Notes under the pieces: generated by a model
Seen by the model: only the letters and a program-made list of their open reading frames with translations
Databases searched by the model: none
What the model was told of the DNA's origin: nothing
Part shown: positions 40,803-54,510 of the stretch, piece after piece
Numbering within the stretch: position 1 is the stretch's first letter
Layout of the letters: every line of letters starts with the position of its first letter
Position numbers and translations under genes: made by a program
Assembly (NCBI RefSeq): GCF_006345805.1
Contig: NC_043007.1
Coordinates: 47,182,001-47,246,000 of the forward strand
Length of the DNA: 64,000 nucleotides
Origin: Octopus sinensis
Lineage: Eukaryota
Reading direction: 5' to 3'

Positions 40803-41441
40803 CGTGTGTGTGCGTGTGTGTGCGTGTGTGTACTTTTCATACCAATCACCCATAAAACGAAATTAATATAGATCCATATTGGTCAAATAAATGATTAATG
40901 AAATTTTGAATTATTGTGTTTTTCCTACAGCGTTTCATGAAAAGTGTATTTGTTTTTAACGGTTTTGTATACTTTTGGTATCTAAATGTGCATATGAATA
41001 TAATTTCACACACAGAAACGAATACGTACATGAGTAAGTACTGTTAATCGAAGATAAACATATACGCACTCATATGTCTATAAATGCATAAACACACACA
41101 ACAATGTTCATACATACGTCTGTACAGACATACATACATGCATATCTTATAGAGTAAACACAATAATTCAAAATTTCATTAGTCAATGGGTATTAATTGA
41201 CCAATATGGATCTACATTAATTTCATTTTGGGGTGATGGGTATGAACAGTACATATATATATACATATATACGTGTGTATATGCATACGTGTATGAGTGT
41301 GTATGTGAATGCGTATACTTATTTATGCATGTATGTGTATGTATACGTATGTAAGTGTATGCACGAATATGTGTGTACACGCACATGTGTGTACACGCGC
41401 ATGTGTGTATCTCTGTGCATATATATATATGCGTACGGATA
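40607..41441. repeat. Large imperfect fold-back inverted repeat
   Basis: Unique arms 40829-40921 and 41155-41251, plus mirrored low-complexity flanks (tatccgtacgca at 40607, tgcgtacggata ending 41441). Confidence 0.88.
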
Positions 41442-41865
41442 TGTGTGTGTGTGTGTGTACTTGCACATATATAAATTTTTATGATCTTATTCATATTTTG
41501 TAAAGGAATATTTCTTTTATTAACTATAAACTTATCTTATTTCTATTTAACTTTCCTCTATCCTTGCAGTTTACTTTATTTATCTCTATTCAAGTTGCAA
41601 ACTCCTCGCCCGAGCACATAATACAAACCATAAACCGTAAAATTCAGTCTGCTAAAATGAATTCCCAAACCCACATAGCTTCCAAAGGTGCATCTTTTTC
41701 CCTGTGATGATATGCTCATGTCACATAAATGTAAACTTAATGTTTATTGAGTATTAATGGAAACGGCTGTAAGTGAAGACGACCAATTTTCTGTTGATAA
41801 TAAACAATCATGAACTTCCCAATCCCCATTTTCGTTTTGTTTTAAATGAATATAAACTATATATG

Positions 41866-41901
<36 letters not shown>

Positions 41902-42458
41902 CATGCGTTTGTGTGAGCATGCGTGTTTGTGTGCATGTGTGTGTGTGTATTTGTATATCATACATATATGTATATATAGTAAAACTTTGCCCATAAATAA
42001 AGAAAAATATAGATAGATAGATAGATAGATAAATAGAGAGACAGTGCCTGTCATCGTTGATGGGATTAAGTTTTGTCTCTCGTCCGTTGTTCTTAATGTT
42101 ATTGCTTCAAGCATTTACTACTTGTGACTCATTTTGTTTTCTTTCATATGTCATGTTTTCATCTTCACTAATTCAACTTCATTATTATTTACTTAATCAC
42201 ATCATTACTTCATCTGTTGACATCAATAATTCCCTCACTCTTTTCTCTCTATTAAATTCTACTTCCATCTCTCCTGTCCATTTTCTAAGACACCTCCGCA
42301 GATATACACGTACGCACATGTACACACATTTCCATTTTGTAAGCAAATTTTTCTCCGTATCATACTCCCATCATCTCTCTCTCTTTCTCCTGCTCCTTTT
42401 CCCGTCTTTCTCCCTCACATATATAACTGCATACACACACGCACACGCACACACACAC

Positions 42459-42583
<125 letters not shown>

Positions 42584-43929
42584 TATATATACAAATATTG
42601 CTTTTTTTATTTCGAATTTTTTTTTACACAATTGCTTGGAAATGCTCAGGTCAAACCCGAAACGTTAGACATTATATAACATAGTATAAGAAGAGACAGA
42701 AATTTAGATAATCATTCTATATTTTGATTTACATCAACATAATAAATACATAAATAATATAACATAAAATTACATCAAGACAAGAAGCATGTCTATATAT
42801 TTAGAAAGAAATAAGAGTTATATGAGGTAAAAATGTACATGAAAAGGATAAATAAATAAAAGTTGATATATCGATTGAAAATCATATTAAATTCAATGTT
42901 TAAAAACGTTGAAAGTTGTAAGATACATCGGCTGTAGTGAGAAATCATAATTATGAGATTGCAATTTTAAAAGAGTTCCGAAGAAATGTATATAGAGGGT
43001 TATAACGTCAATATGAAGCAATTTGATAGCCTTTCCTGGAGTCCATTAGTCAACAGGTATGAATCTATTTGTTTCACACTGACAAACTCCCCTTCATCAG
43101 GAATAAGTAAATAGATAATTAATTAGGTTTGAAGACATGTAAGTGAAAAGAAAAGAAAGGAAATGTTTGATTACATTACGTTAATCGTTGGCTACTTCAT
43201 CAGATACTGGCAGATTCTGTTAGTAATGCTGTCCATATGCATTAGATTTATCCTGTACATAACAACCAACAGACATCAAAATATGCATAATAACTTCAGA
43301 CTGAAGTTTTCCAAAGGCGGGAGAATATCCGTTTACGGTGAATCTCAAATCTCTTCTGCGAACAAAACACTTTGAGCAAAGACAAATCTCACGTCGAATA
43401 AACATGTTCTCGCGTATAAAAAAATAACAAAGAGAAAAGACATGGCTATAAAAATTAGATCATAAATGAAATTTAAATTATTCTGTAAATTTGAAAATCA
43501 CGGCTTCATTGCTATGCAAAATAGGGTAATTAGTCACAGTAAGTGGCACAGTGGGGCGCAGGATACATACACAAAGGGTACTATACAAACATATATTTCA
43601 TAAATGCAATAGCATTACCCATAATGGTGTCAAACAGTATATAGAATACACTACATATTTGTTTTCAAACCAGATTACTTCATCACATAAATATTGATAT
43701 TCTAATCATAAATCTAAACAATCAAATACTTAAATTGAAATGTATCGATTTTAGACTCAATTGAAAATTGAAAGTCATGAATCCACATTATGTCCACGAG
43801 AAGCTCTTGAAATATAACGTACAACTACTAACTTTTTAACTTTAAAGAAATGAGCCATTGGTGACATGGAACCATACAATATTAAGAATATTTGAAAAAT
43901 ATAGTAAGTAAACAATAACTATTTTAAAA

Positions 43930-44084
43930 GAAATTTTCACTTTCTGTCTACCAAATCCGCTTACAAGAATTTGATCAACGCGAGGCTAAAGTGGGGGACG
44001 CTTGCACAAGTGCCATAAAGCGGGGCTGAACTCCGGAATCATGTGGTTGGGAAGTAAACTTCTCACCACACTGCTACGCCTGTG

Positions 44085-44087
<3 letters not shown>
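43930..44087 (-). mobile_element. SINE family A 5' part
   Basis: Reverse strand gtggtgagaagtttacttcccaaccacatgattccggagttcagcccc. Confidence 0.75.
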
Positions 44088-44126
<39 letters not shown>

Positions 44127-45059
44127 ATATATAGATATCGTGTACATTAAAACACATTAAGAGTCTTCCTTTCGCTAGAAAGAGCAGTAAACAACTCAAA
44201 CCACTAATTAGGGATAAATTCATGAAGGAAAAGAAAACTAAAAACATTTACCATCTAATTTAGTTCCTAGACCATGGTTTCTGACTTATTTCAGTAAAAC
44301 AAAATTACTGAGGCTAGTCTTCATCAGTAAGTACCCATTAGAATTTAAATATACACACACCGAGTTTGTTTCCGCATGTAAACTCATTATCTGTTTATTC
44401 CAACTTTTCAAATCCACCGTGCAGACGCAGCTTATTTCCGGCAACAGAGAGGATGCTGGTAAAAACCTCTAATAAATTTATTAAAATCATTTAAACATAA
44501 TAAGTAATATTAGGGTAATAAGAATTATAGAAATTCTTATTACCAGTGGCCTAGCGCAAAATATTTATATACAGGTTGCGTAAGATATTTAAGGACAGCT
44601 TTCTGTTTATAAAAAAACCTATATAATAACAGATAATAAATTTATTTATCAAAAAACTGCTATGAGGGTAAAAATAAAACTTCTTTTCTATAATGTTATT
44701 CAATATATATAACGGTGGTGCGTCAGCATGGCCACAGCTCTGAGCTGAAAGTACATAAAAAAATATGATGATTACTTTGATTTGAGAGATGACATCAACA
44801 CACACACCACACTCCGCCGATTAGCCCTTAGATGACTTTTAAGACCAGCTGCTGACTGACAGGGTTTAAAACACAAGTGACAGATATTATTCAAGTTTCT
44901 TTTGTATCTTTTTCCCTTTGGATACTTATTTTGAAGGAGTGTTTTTTGTGAACTAGCATATTTCTTTTAAGTCCAGATATTATCTTACAAGTTTTTTGAC
45001 ACATGACACAAGTTGTAAGGGGCGGTTAGTCTCGAAGATCATTACGTATCTGGGCATTA

Positions 45060-45215
45060 CGATTTTCATGTTTAATGGTCTAATAGATTGAGATCTGAGG
45101 AATTAGGAGGCCAAATGTTAGGGGTTATATGATCCATTTCCCTATTACTACAGTCATGTATGAGAGTGCAGAGTCTTACTGAAGCACATATGGCTTTTCA
45201 TTGCATACCTTTCTC
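45060..45215 (-). mobile_element. Tc1-like transposase C-terminal fragment
   Basis: Q*DSA..DHITPNIWPPNSSDLNLLD (WPxxSPDLNP motif). Confidence 0.75.
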
Positions 45216-45458
45216 GCTTTCGTATTTCGTTTTTACGCTAGATATTTTCTATTTTCGTGGTAATTTTCGTCTATACTTCTTATTTTTTGGAACCATCAGA
45301 CGTTTGTTATATATTTTCAACATCAAATAACAAGCGCTACATTTATCAATTTAAAGCGTTTGTTAGATTTCAATTGCCGATTACAAGATGGATATATATG
45401 TTATATAATTATATTTCCATAATATTTTAATTATAGCTCTTTTTATGTATCATATATG

Positions 45459-45497
<39 letters not shown>

Positions 45498-46137
45498 GAG
45501 TACATAATCGAATCGAATATGTAAAGTGGCTATTTAAACAAATCCTTTTAAATATTATGTTATTCATTCGTGTTTTTTTTATTTACAGTATAAATGTTGT
45601 AACTAGTAAGTAAACAAACTCTTTTCACTACTGATGTCGTATTCATATTGAGTTTCTGAATTACGGTTAATTGTTTGTCTTTAACCAATTTAATACATCT
45701 CCCCACCGAAATTTAAACTACTCAAACACACAAATGTATACACATATATAAATACATACACAGACAAACATACAAACATTATATACACATATATATATAT
45801 ATATATAAACACAAGTGTTTGAAATATACGACAGCTGCTTCGGTAGAATTTTATTTATTTAAAATCAGTCATAAAAGACTATATCATACTATAATTTCCA
45901 ACAATCACCAGGTAAACATTTAGTCAATTAGGATTTTAAACATTGACCTGGACGCACCCACCTTTAGCTGGTCCAGAAGCGGAAAACAAAAGAAAAAAAA
46001 GAAAGTTTGAATTACGTTCCCTTTGACCGAAAAGCCATGATTAAGCTAAATGTTGCAGAAAAATTCAACCTGGAGGGGTCCACAAACTGTGATAACAGGT
46101 TCTTAATCCGGAGAGGGTTTGGTTGTGTCTTCTAGTT

Positions 46138-47244
46138 CTACAAAAGAAATCCGTCTACGTGTTTACACTTGCTGAAAAATTCACATCTGGAATTCAGTGA
46201 TGCGGTAGAATTCTTAGATCTAGAAATAATATGCAATAGTTTAGTTACGCATAAGTTGCATTTCTTAGACCTATTATTATACAATAAAGATTTCTTTTCG
46301 ATTTTCCACATAATTGTACGTAGCGGGTAGTTAGTATTCAAAACCAATACATAGCAAGCTAACTTAGTGGCTTTGCTTTTGTCGATGTAACGGAAAGAAA
46401 TAGATGATTTTGCATAACATGTTTTCAAATCATCTTCGCATAACCAGATGTAATGTTTCTTTTAGTTTAGGTTATCGTGAAGCGTTGTTAAGATTTCTGC
46501 CTCATCTACGACGAAGTCCATCATACGAGCCTGGTCAAGTGGGCAACTTCAGGGTCTCCACAGTGGGGCTGGGCTCTTAGTGATGATTACGAGTAATAAT
46601 GCATTTCATATTGGGGCGGCAGCTGTATATTTTAATCGAACGTCTGTTAAGAATCTTCCTGTATTTTTGGTTTGACTACGTTAGTTTTAGCATTTAGGGA
46701 GAAAGTAGGGAGGGCACACCATATCATTTTCCTAGTTCTCTTTTTATTATTACTTAAAGAGTTGTGATATATCTTATCGTTGTGCGATATATCTTATCTT
46801 CATATTTTTACTTGAAGGGTTGTTATATATCTTATCTTTGAAGCCGCTATAAGCTAGAGCATTGTCATAATAGGGGGATGCCGTGCAAAATGCCTCTGTA
46901 GGAGAGCTTCTCGTTAGGTTTTTGGTACAGTTTATAAGAGCAGGTGTTTAGATCTAAGAAACGTCTAATAAATCGACATTTGCTTGGTTTTAGTGATTTT
47001 GTGGCCTAGTTGATTGAAAGTATTAATTTTTTTTTTTTTTACTTGTTTCAGTCATTTGACTGCGGCCATGCTGGAGCACCACCTTTAATCAAGCAACTCG
47101 ACCCCGGGACTTATTCTTTTGTAAGCCCAGTACTTATTCTATCGGTCTCTTTTGCCGAACCGCTAAGTAACGGGGACATAAACATACCAGCATCGGTTGT
47201 CAAGCAATGCTAGGGGGACAAATACAGACACACAAACACACACA

Positions 47245-47283
<39 letters not shown>

Positions 47284-48260
47284 TATATATATAATATATA
47301 TATATATATACGACGAGTTTCTTTCAGTTTCCGTCTACCAATCCACTCACAAGGCTTTGGTCGGCCTGAGGCTATAGTAGAAGACACTTGCCCAAGGTGC
47401 CACGCAGTGGGACTGAACCCGGAACCATGTGGTTGGTAAACAAGCTACTTACCACACAGCCACTCCTGCGCCTATAATTAGTTTTTTTCCTTAACTTATC
47501 GAGCGTTGAACTTCAAAGCATTGAGATGCTCCTAGCCTATCGTCTCTGTCTTGATCACTATCGTAAGAGAGAAACTTCGGTCTCAGTGTATTTAATATCA
47601 AGAGCCCTATAACATTGCAGATGTCCGCAATGTCATTCGATTCTAATGATACATCGAACAATTCATTTGTATCGGATTTTTAACCCATACAGGATAAAGC
47701 CTAGTTCTATGTGATCTATATCAACATGTTTTTGCGGGCTCAGTCGCCTTTCCAAGAAGAGATCGTGATATTGAGGGGCAAAAATCTATATCTGGTTCTG
47801 TGCTTACCTTTGAAATTCTACAACCAATCTACCACAGCATTCCTTATATCCCAGGGTTACAGCATAGATGTCTCTCTAATTCTGATATTGACATTTCCTC
47901 GGATTTGCGTTGGTTGGGGGTTCTATTCAAGCAGTTTCAGACCTCGCTGCGTTCAAAAGTTTACAAGTGGGCTTAGGAATGATATTAAGTTTCCGATCTT
48001 TTAGAATAATGAAAACTTCCCTTTTTGCTAAGTATTCTAATATGTCATCGATTTTACTACGTCTAGACAGGAATTTAGCCTTATCATCAATATCATTGTA
48101 TCTATCTATTTTACATTTATTATATTTAGTGGAAATAGTGTCAAACAGCAGCTAACCATATAGATCATTAGTGACTTTGGTCTTGTCTGGAAATACGAAT
48201 TTTTTTTCAGAGTTTCTAAATTTTTTATATGTGAGTTTACTTTGGCCAGAAAAAGGTAAA
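46138..48260 (-). mobile_element. Penelope-like retroelement remnant interrupted by a SINE
   Basis: EVFIILKDRKLNIIPKPTCKLLN; FDV..DICNVIGLLILN..DRDDRLG; YYDNALAYSGFKDK; GIY-YIG C-end KATKLACYV..WKIEKKSLLYNNRSKKCNLC..LNSRCEFFSKCKH. Confidence 0.88.
47026..47472 (-). mobile_element. SINE family A, full length and little diverged, nested in the PLE
   Basis: A box TGGCTGTGTGG, B box GGTTCAGTCCC, internal TA/TG tract, A-rich tail. Confidence 0.92.
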
Positions 48261-48499
48261 ACTACTTACGGAGTTTCATATAGGTAACTATATCAAGGAT
48301 ATTTACCTCAAATGAGGCTAAATCTTTAATTCTTTGAAGGTATTTGCGTGTCCTTATATTAAATCTCTCGGTGGCAGTGGGTGATAGCATATAATCTAAA
48401 ACTTCAATCTCATATATATATTTATATGTGTGTGTGTGTATGTGTGTGTGTGTGTGTGTGTGTATACATATGGAGTTATATATATATACGTATTTGTGT

Positions 48500-48545
<46 letters not shown>

Positions 48546-48548
<3 letters not shown>

Positions 48549-48790
48549 TAGTTATCGCCATACTAATATGGCATTCTTATAAAAATAAGAAAAAAGCTGT
48601 CCGCTTATTAGCTCCATGAGGCCATCGCCTTAAGTTAGCTATTTGATACACAGACTGTATCCATATAACCTTCGAATAAGCGGACAGGTTTTTTCTTATT
48701 TTTATAAGAATGCCATATTAGTATGGCGATAACTATTATTTTCCGGGAACGCTGCCGCTGTTCTCTTTTAGAGAGACGTAGTTATTTTAA
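48546..48790. repeat. Diverged member of the 360-bp family with its own 5' inversion
   Basis: atagttatcgccatactaatatggca shared with 39660; arms about 48546-48611 and 48674-48740. Confidence 0.85.
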
Positions 48791-48800
48791 TATTTCTATT

Positions 48801-48832
<32 letters not shown>

Positions 48833-48838
48833 ATATAT

Positions 48839-48919
<81 letters not shown>

Positions 48920-50039
48920 TATATATGGAGGTACATGTGGGCATGTGGGTGCGTAGAAATGTGTCTGGTATTTCTAATCTCAACGTCTGTGTTTACAAAT
49001 GAAGCTGAGCGCTTATTAGAAACCTTTTAAATTTTGAGTTCACAGTCCACCTAGCTCAACATCATTTACCATGCTGCCGTTGACGAAAGACAATGTACTA
49101 GTCACGTACTTAAGATCGATTTAATCAGCTAACTATGCCGCCCATTTTCTAACCTTATACTTTCAATAACAATAAATAGTAGTATTTATATTTATATTTA
49201 TACTGTTAAGGATCTCACATGTATTACATACTTGTTTCTATACCTTCTTTTACTAGCTTTACAAATTTTGATGTGCCCATTATGTGTCTTATATCATTTA
49301 TCTACCTGGTGTAAAGAGTTTGCTTTGTTTCTGCTTCTGTTGAACACCTCAAACGTTGGTCGTAATGGACAGCGCATGGTGATTCCTTCTGTTGTTAGGT
49401 CATACTACTTGTTTGTTCGGGATGTTAGCCGGTAGCACCAGTATTTATGATAGGGTTTACAGAAAACACATACAGACACACGCACGCAATCACAAATTCG
49501 CACGCACAAATGCACAGTTGCCGATATAATTATTGATATACATACACATATATATGTATGTATATGCAATATTTTATAGATATATATGACGGTATGTATG
49601 CATGTATAACCTGTATCTATGCATATGAGAAGTTGGGAAGATAAATATCTTCTCCTGAGTTTCAAACCTATCCTTTGTTCCTATCTAGTAATCAAGCAAG
49701 CACACTGTAGCCAATTAATTGCATACACTCACACAGGCTTTCAACGCTACTTCTCATTAGAGCTAGTTGTTATTAAAGAAAGTCCAGGATTCTCAATATT
49801 CTTTGAAATTATCGTTGTTACAGCCTTGTCTTGCACGAAAGATTGAATTATCAAAGGGCTTTCACACGTGATATAAGGACTTGTTATTGACTTATAAACA
49901 GCCTGGTCGACTTTTAGCAAGATCTACCGTTGTCCCTACTGTTGTTGCTACAGTTTGTTGGGTGATATAATATACATATATATATATATATATAATATAT
50001 ATATATATAATATATATATATATGAATAAAAGTATTTTT

Positions 50040-50218
50040 ACTTTCGACACATGTTTCGAAAATTCCACTGATACTATGCAATTTTTTTTTTTTTTTTTGC
50101 TAAAATGTCGTATTGACGTGTTTCGTTTTTTTCACTTTCCCGAGAGAAGATTGCATTGTTTATACCATTTATTCTTTTGAATAGTATCAGTGGAATTTTC
50201 GAAACTTGTGTCGAAAGT
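50040..50218 (+). repeat. Inverted repeat plus degenerate hammerhead (family of 55576-55661)
   Basis: 50040-50077 is the reverse complement of 50181-50218 (one mismatch); motif 50134-50218 has core CCGAGA instead of CTGAGGA. Confidence 0.85.
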
Positions 50219-50344
50219 TTCAACCTTTATAAACAAGGAGTTACAGCATCTTTACTTGTGAGATTTTTGCTGCCCTGGTAACTATTTATTTATTTTTGCG
50301 TGTTAATTGTTAACAAGGTAAAAATACACTCATCTATATATATA

Positions 50345-50386
<42 letters not shown>

Positions 50387-50509
50387 ATCCATTCTTGTTG
50401 CTTTTTTCTTGTTTATATATATATATATATATATTATATATGTGCGTATGTGTATTACATATTTATATACATACATACATATACATACACACAAGCACTC
50501 ACACGCACT

Positions 50510-50541
<32 letters not shown>

Positions 50542-51369
50542 CACATATATATTATATATATATTATATATATATATATATATTAGAAATTTCCATTACCA
50601 GTGGATTAGCGTGTAGAATTTAGTCGATAGACTATATATTATTCATATAAAAACAGTGTACATTTAAATACATAAGTGGAATCCCTCATAGGACTCCTTG
50701 CACGCTAGAGAGGGCAGTTAAATTCCAAATCACTATTAGGGATAAAATTTAGAAGGGAATGAAAAATATGCGGGTATGTATATATATATATTGGCGAATA
50801 TGTGGGTGAGCATGTATGTGTTTCAAGTGAGGGTGGATGAGTATATACATATAGGCGCAGGTACATGTGTGTGAGGAGGCGCATGTGTATGTATGGACAT
50901 GAGCGCTTACACGATTGCTATATGCATTTTTACTCCCTTACATTCACTCCCTCCCCTTACTTAGCGGTCATTTTAATAGTCTTTTGTCTTAATAACGGTC
51001 AATCACACAGTAATTTCCCTTTGTTTTAACGATCATTTTCATAGCATTTTTGTCTTTGATGGCTCGATAACAGAAGAGAAACCGGCGTGGGTTTCCGCAC
51101 TGACGTTCGAAACTCCGAGTTTTATCATGGCTACCGAATAATTGTCACATATTATATTTACACACGCACACACACACACGCGCACACAAACATGCCGGAA
51201 TGCATGGACGACTGCTGGTCTTCCATAAACATCCTTGTCTGGACTTGTGCCTGGGATGGTAACTTTCTAGGTGCAATCCCATGGTCTGTGTCGTGACCGA
51301 AGGGGGTCTCAGAACTATATATATGTGTATGTGAATGTGTGTGTTTGTGCGTATGTGTGTGTGTGCAAT

Positions 51370-52260
51370 ACAAGACTTTGAGGAACTCTATAACAATGAA
51401 ACATCATACGATAGAAGCCAGTTGGTTTGTAACAGGCGCGTATTTTGCAAAATACGATGCCACATCATCAAGGTGGTACAAAGGTATTGCACAAATCAAA
51501 GTGAAACGGTTAAAGCGTTTAGTCTTCAGGGCAACGGATTTATTAATCCGTGGTTGAAAGTGCTTGTAGAATTCATCGACTTTGTATTCATGACGTGTGA
51601 TCAAATTCCTGATTGATTAATCTTGTTATGCAATCAAGAGCCTTTTCGCTGATACTGGATGAGCACGATGATGCATTTACAAGAAAACACGAATAAATTG
51701 TCTCATCGAGTAGTGTTTCGATGTCACTTCTCTCTTTAGTTATTACTCTATTGAACATAAATAAAGGGTGCACATTGCAAAACAGATGTTCAGGTGTGCG
51801 TTCTGTGCTGAGATTTCCTACTACGATCTCATCAACCCCAACATTGTATGATTTTTGGTCCAAATCAATTTTTAAAATAGTGTTTTAACCGGGATATTAC
51901 TTGTTGCTTCTAGTAGCGAAAGTGCATCCACTTCCAAGTCAGTCAGGTTATTATTTCTTGCTTCTGATACTACAAGCAGAGTCGGCAGAGGTTTGTAACG
52001 ACCTTGGTTTGTCAGCCTTTGGACGGAGAAAAATCCAGCTCTCTGTTTTTAGATCCATCATCAGAATAAGTAATGACTAACTTTTTATTAGAATACACCT
52101 CTTTTACGATTTCGTCGAGTGTCATGAGTTCAATACCTCTTCAATGTTACACAGTGCATGTAAAGTGTCTAGATTGTTTAAAACTGCCTGATATTGTGCC
52201 TTCCAACTTCTACCGAACAGTTTATTACCTACTGTTATCAAAGCTCCTCTGCTTGCTTCT
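51370..52260 (-). mobile_element. Decayed DDE-type DNA transposase with CxxH motif, superfamily unresolved
   Basis: With frameshifts: VITYSDDGSKN, GRYKPLPTLLVVSE, KIDLDQKSYNVGVDEIV, HLFCNVHPLFMFNRVITK, ALDCITRLINQEFDH, KRFNRFTLICAIPLYHLDDV. Confidence 0.5.
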
Positions 52261-53689
52261 GAGACATATGGTATACCCTGGGTTTTCTTTTTACGTAAGG
52301 ATGATTGGTAGAGCGTAGAAATTCAGCGTGTGGCTTATAATATTCTGTAATACATTTTAAACAAACAGATTTAAACTTTTAGACCTTCCAAACATATGAA
52401 ATGACATAAACTAAGCTGCATATCCGATATACCATGAAATCCGTCTATCTAAATAGTGAATTTTGGCCACCATCTTGGATTTCCTCCATCTAGCAAAAGT
52501 TCTATTAGTTATAAATAAGTTTATTTTATATCAATATACTTATTAGTAAAGTTATAGCTTTTATGTAGTTTCACTTAAAATTATGCGCTATAGGTATTAA
52601 AATGCGATTTCCGCCATTTTGAAGGGTTATCAACCTTCAGGGGTTATGTACAACGGGGTTATTACGGTCAATTACCAGAAATTTTGGTTTTAAGGTGATA
52701 TTTGAACCCGACTACAACTTTTGAAAGGGTTCCGGAAAAAAGTAAGATAACCATTCCCCCACCCACCCTGTTTCACGCTGATTCTCACTGAGAACTACGT
52801 TAAGGGTACATACGATTTTGGTGGGCTCTGCCATTTGCACCTTAATTACACGAGTAGCCTTTCCCGTTGATCGGATCATCTCGAACCCTTGTCTCCGTAA
52901 CCGACGAATTGCCAGTCGTGCTGTGGTGCAGTCTAATCTGCGATAATCTTACCCTGATTAGAAGCATCCCTGGATAGAACTAATTCGTATTGAAAATACA
53001 TTTTCCCCAATTAGAGATTTTCTTCCTGCGTTAGAAATGAGTTATGTATTTTGGAATTTGTATATCAATTGCTCATTTCCTTGTGTGCATGGCTGCAATT
53101 ATTAGTATATATTTTCCTTTCATATATTTTTGTGTGTGGATATGCGTAGGCCTGCTTTTGTGCATGTTGATGTGTGCGCTTCTGTATTCTGTGGGTAGTC
53201 TGTTGAGTGCGTATACATGTGTCAAACATATTATTTTCGCATCGTTACCAGACATCAGATGTTTTAGAGAATATTATACTTACCCACCCCCGTTTGTTAT
53301 GAAACTTTCTCCCAAATCCGTGTTAAGATGCACTTTTAATCCGCTGGTGTAGTACTTCACTTAACACATTAATTAAGCAAAGTATGTGCCTTTCTTAAGC
53401 TAAGTGTGTGTCTTAATTTCAATGCTTTATTCACATTTCTCTAGAATATGAAAAACGTTGAAACAGTACACAGTAGTTAGCAATGCGCCGTGTCATAATT
53501 TTGCTTTTCTTCACTGAAGTGAAGTGGAATGGCCGCTACAACTGGAATTTAAAAAGCGTCTCAGACTAAGCTCGTGAAATACCTCATACCCTAAACTTTA
53601 GTTAGCAGAGAAGAATATTTCTCATAGAGACTTTACACGGAACGCATTTACCCGGTTGAGTAAAATGATTCTCGTATTTCAAGCTTTCA

Positions 53690-54130
53690 TTAATTGTTCG
53701 GACAAATTACATACGTTTATTGACTAAAATACTTCTTACCATATTCTAGTGTCTGTTGTCATGGTTGTACCATAAACTCAATTCCACGCTTATGCCACTT
53801 GTCTGGTTCATGGACAAAGGGCTTTCACTCGTTTTCAACTTCATCCTAGTTGTTGAACTTGCCTCCGTACTTGAAATGAGCCATGGATCAGAGAAGAGGG
53901 TAATCTCATGGAGCAAGGTTTGAACTTCTAGCTCCTCAAGGTCCTCGAGTTTACGTTTGCTCACATTGGCAGTATGTAGTGGGGCTTTGTCATGCTGTAG
54001 GAATGTACGTCTTTGATTGACCAATGCTGTGTAGGAGGCTTTTATGCATCATATACTAGCTGCAGTTAATGAGCATACAGGTTAGCATTCACATACTGGC
54101 CCAATGTTTGGATGTCCTGCAACAGCTACC
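53690..54130 (-). mobile_element. Mariner transposase C-terminal remnant
   Basis: GQYVNANLYA, LVNQRRTFLQHDKAPLHTANVSKRKLEDLEELEV. Confidence 0.8.
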
Positions 54131-54139
54131 ATCGAAAAA

Positions 54140-54510
54140 CCCTAGACTGCTTTCACCACATAAGGTCCATAACAGGCAATTGACTATACATCAAATAGTC
54201 AAGGCTATTAACACATCCTGTAAGAGTGCTGAGAATGTTCTGCACAATGAACTTGGTTCGATGAAGGTTTCTTCTCAGTGGATCCCGCTTCATCTGACAC
54301 CAGATCAAAAGCGTACCAGGCTAATCACATCACGGAAGACTCTGACGTTGTTTCAGGAAGATCCTTCTAGTTTTCTTGAACGTTTCCAAATCCAGGGTGA
54401 GTGATGGGTTTATTGTTTTGAGCCAGAGTCAAAGAGACAATCCATGCAGTGGAAACACTTCTCCTCGCCTGCTCCAAATTAGGCCATGGTCGTTTTATGT
54501 GCAGGAAAAA
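54140..54510 (+). mobile_element. Mariner transposase central remnant (different family)
   Basis: ENVLHNELGSMKVSSQWIPLHLTPDQKRTRLITSRKTLTLFQEDPSSFLERF..WVYCFEPESKRQSMQWKH. Confidence 0.88.

Noticed and set aside
42649-42670. ggtcaaaccc-gaaacgtt-agac, 3' half of a hammerhead
   Set aside because: No CUGANGA core or matching stem I upstream
43060-43105. CTGATGA...GAAAC on the minus strand
   Set aside because: No stem II or stem I pairing and no NUH in register
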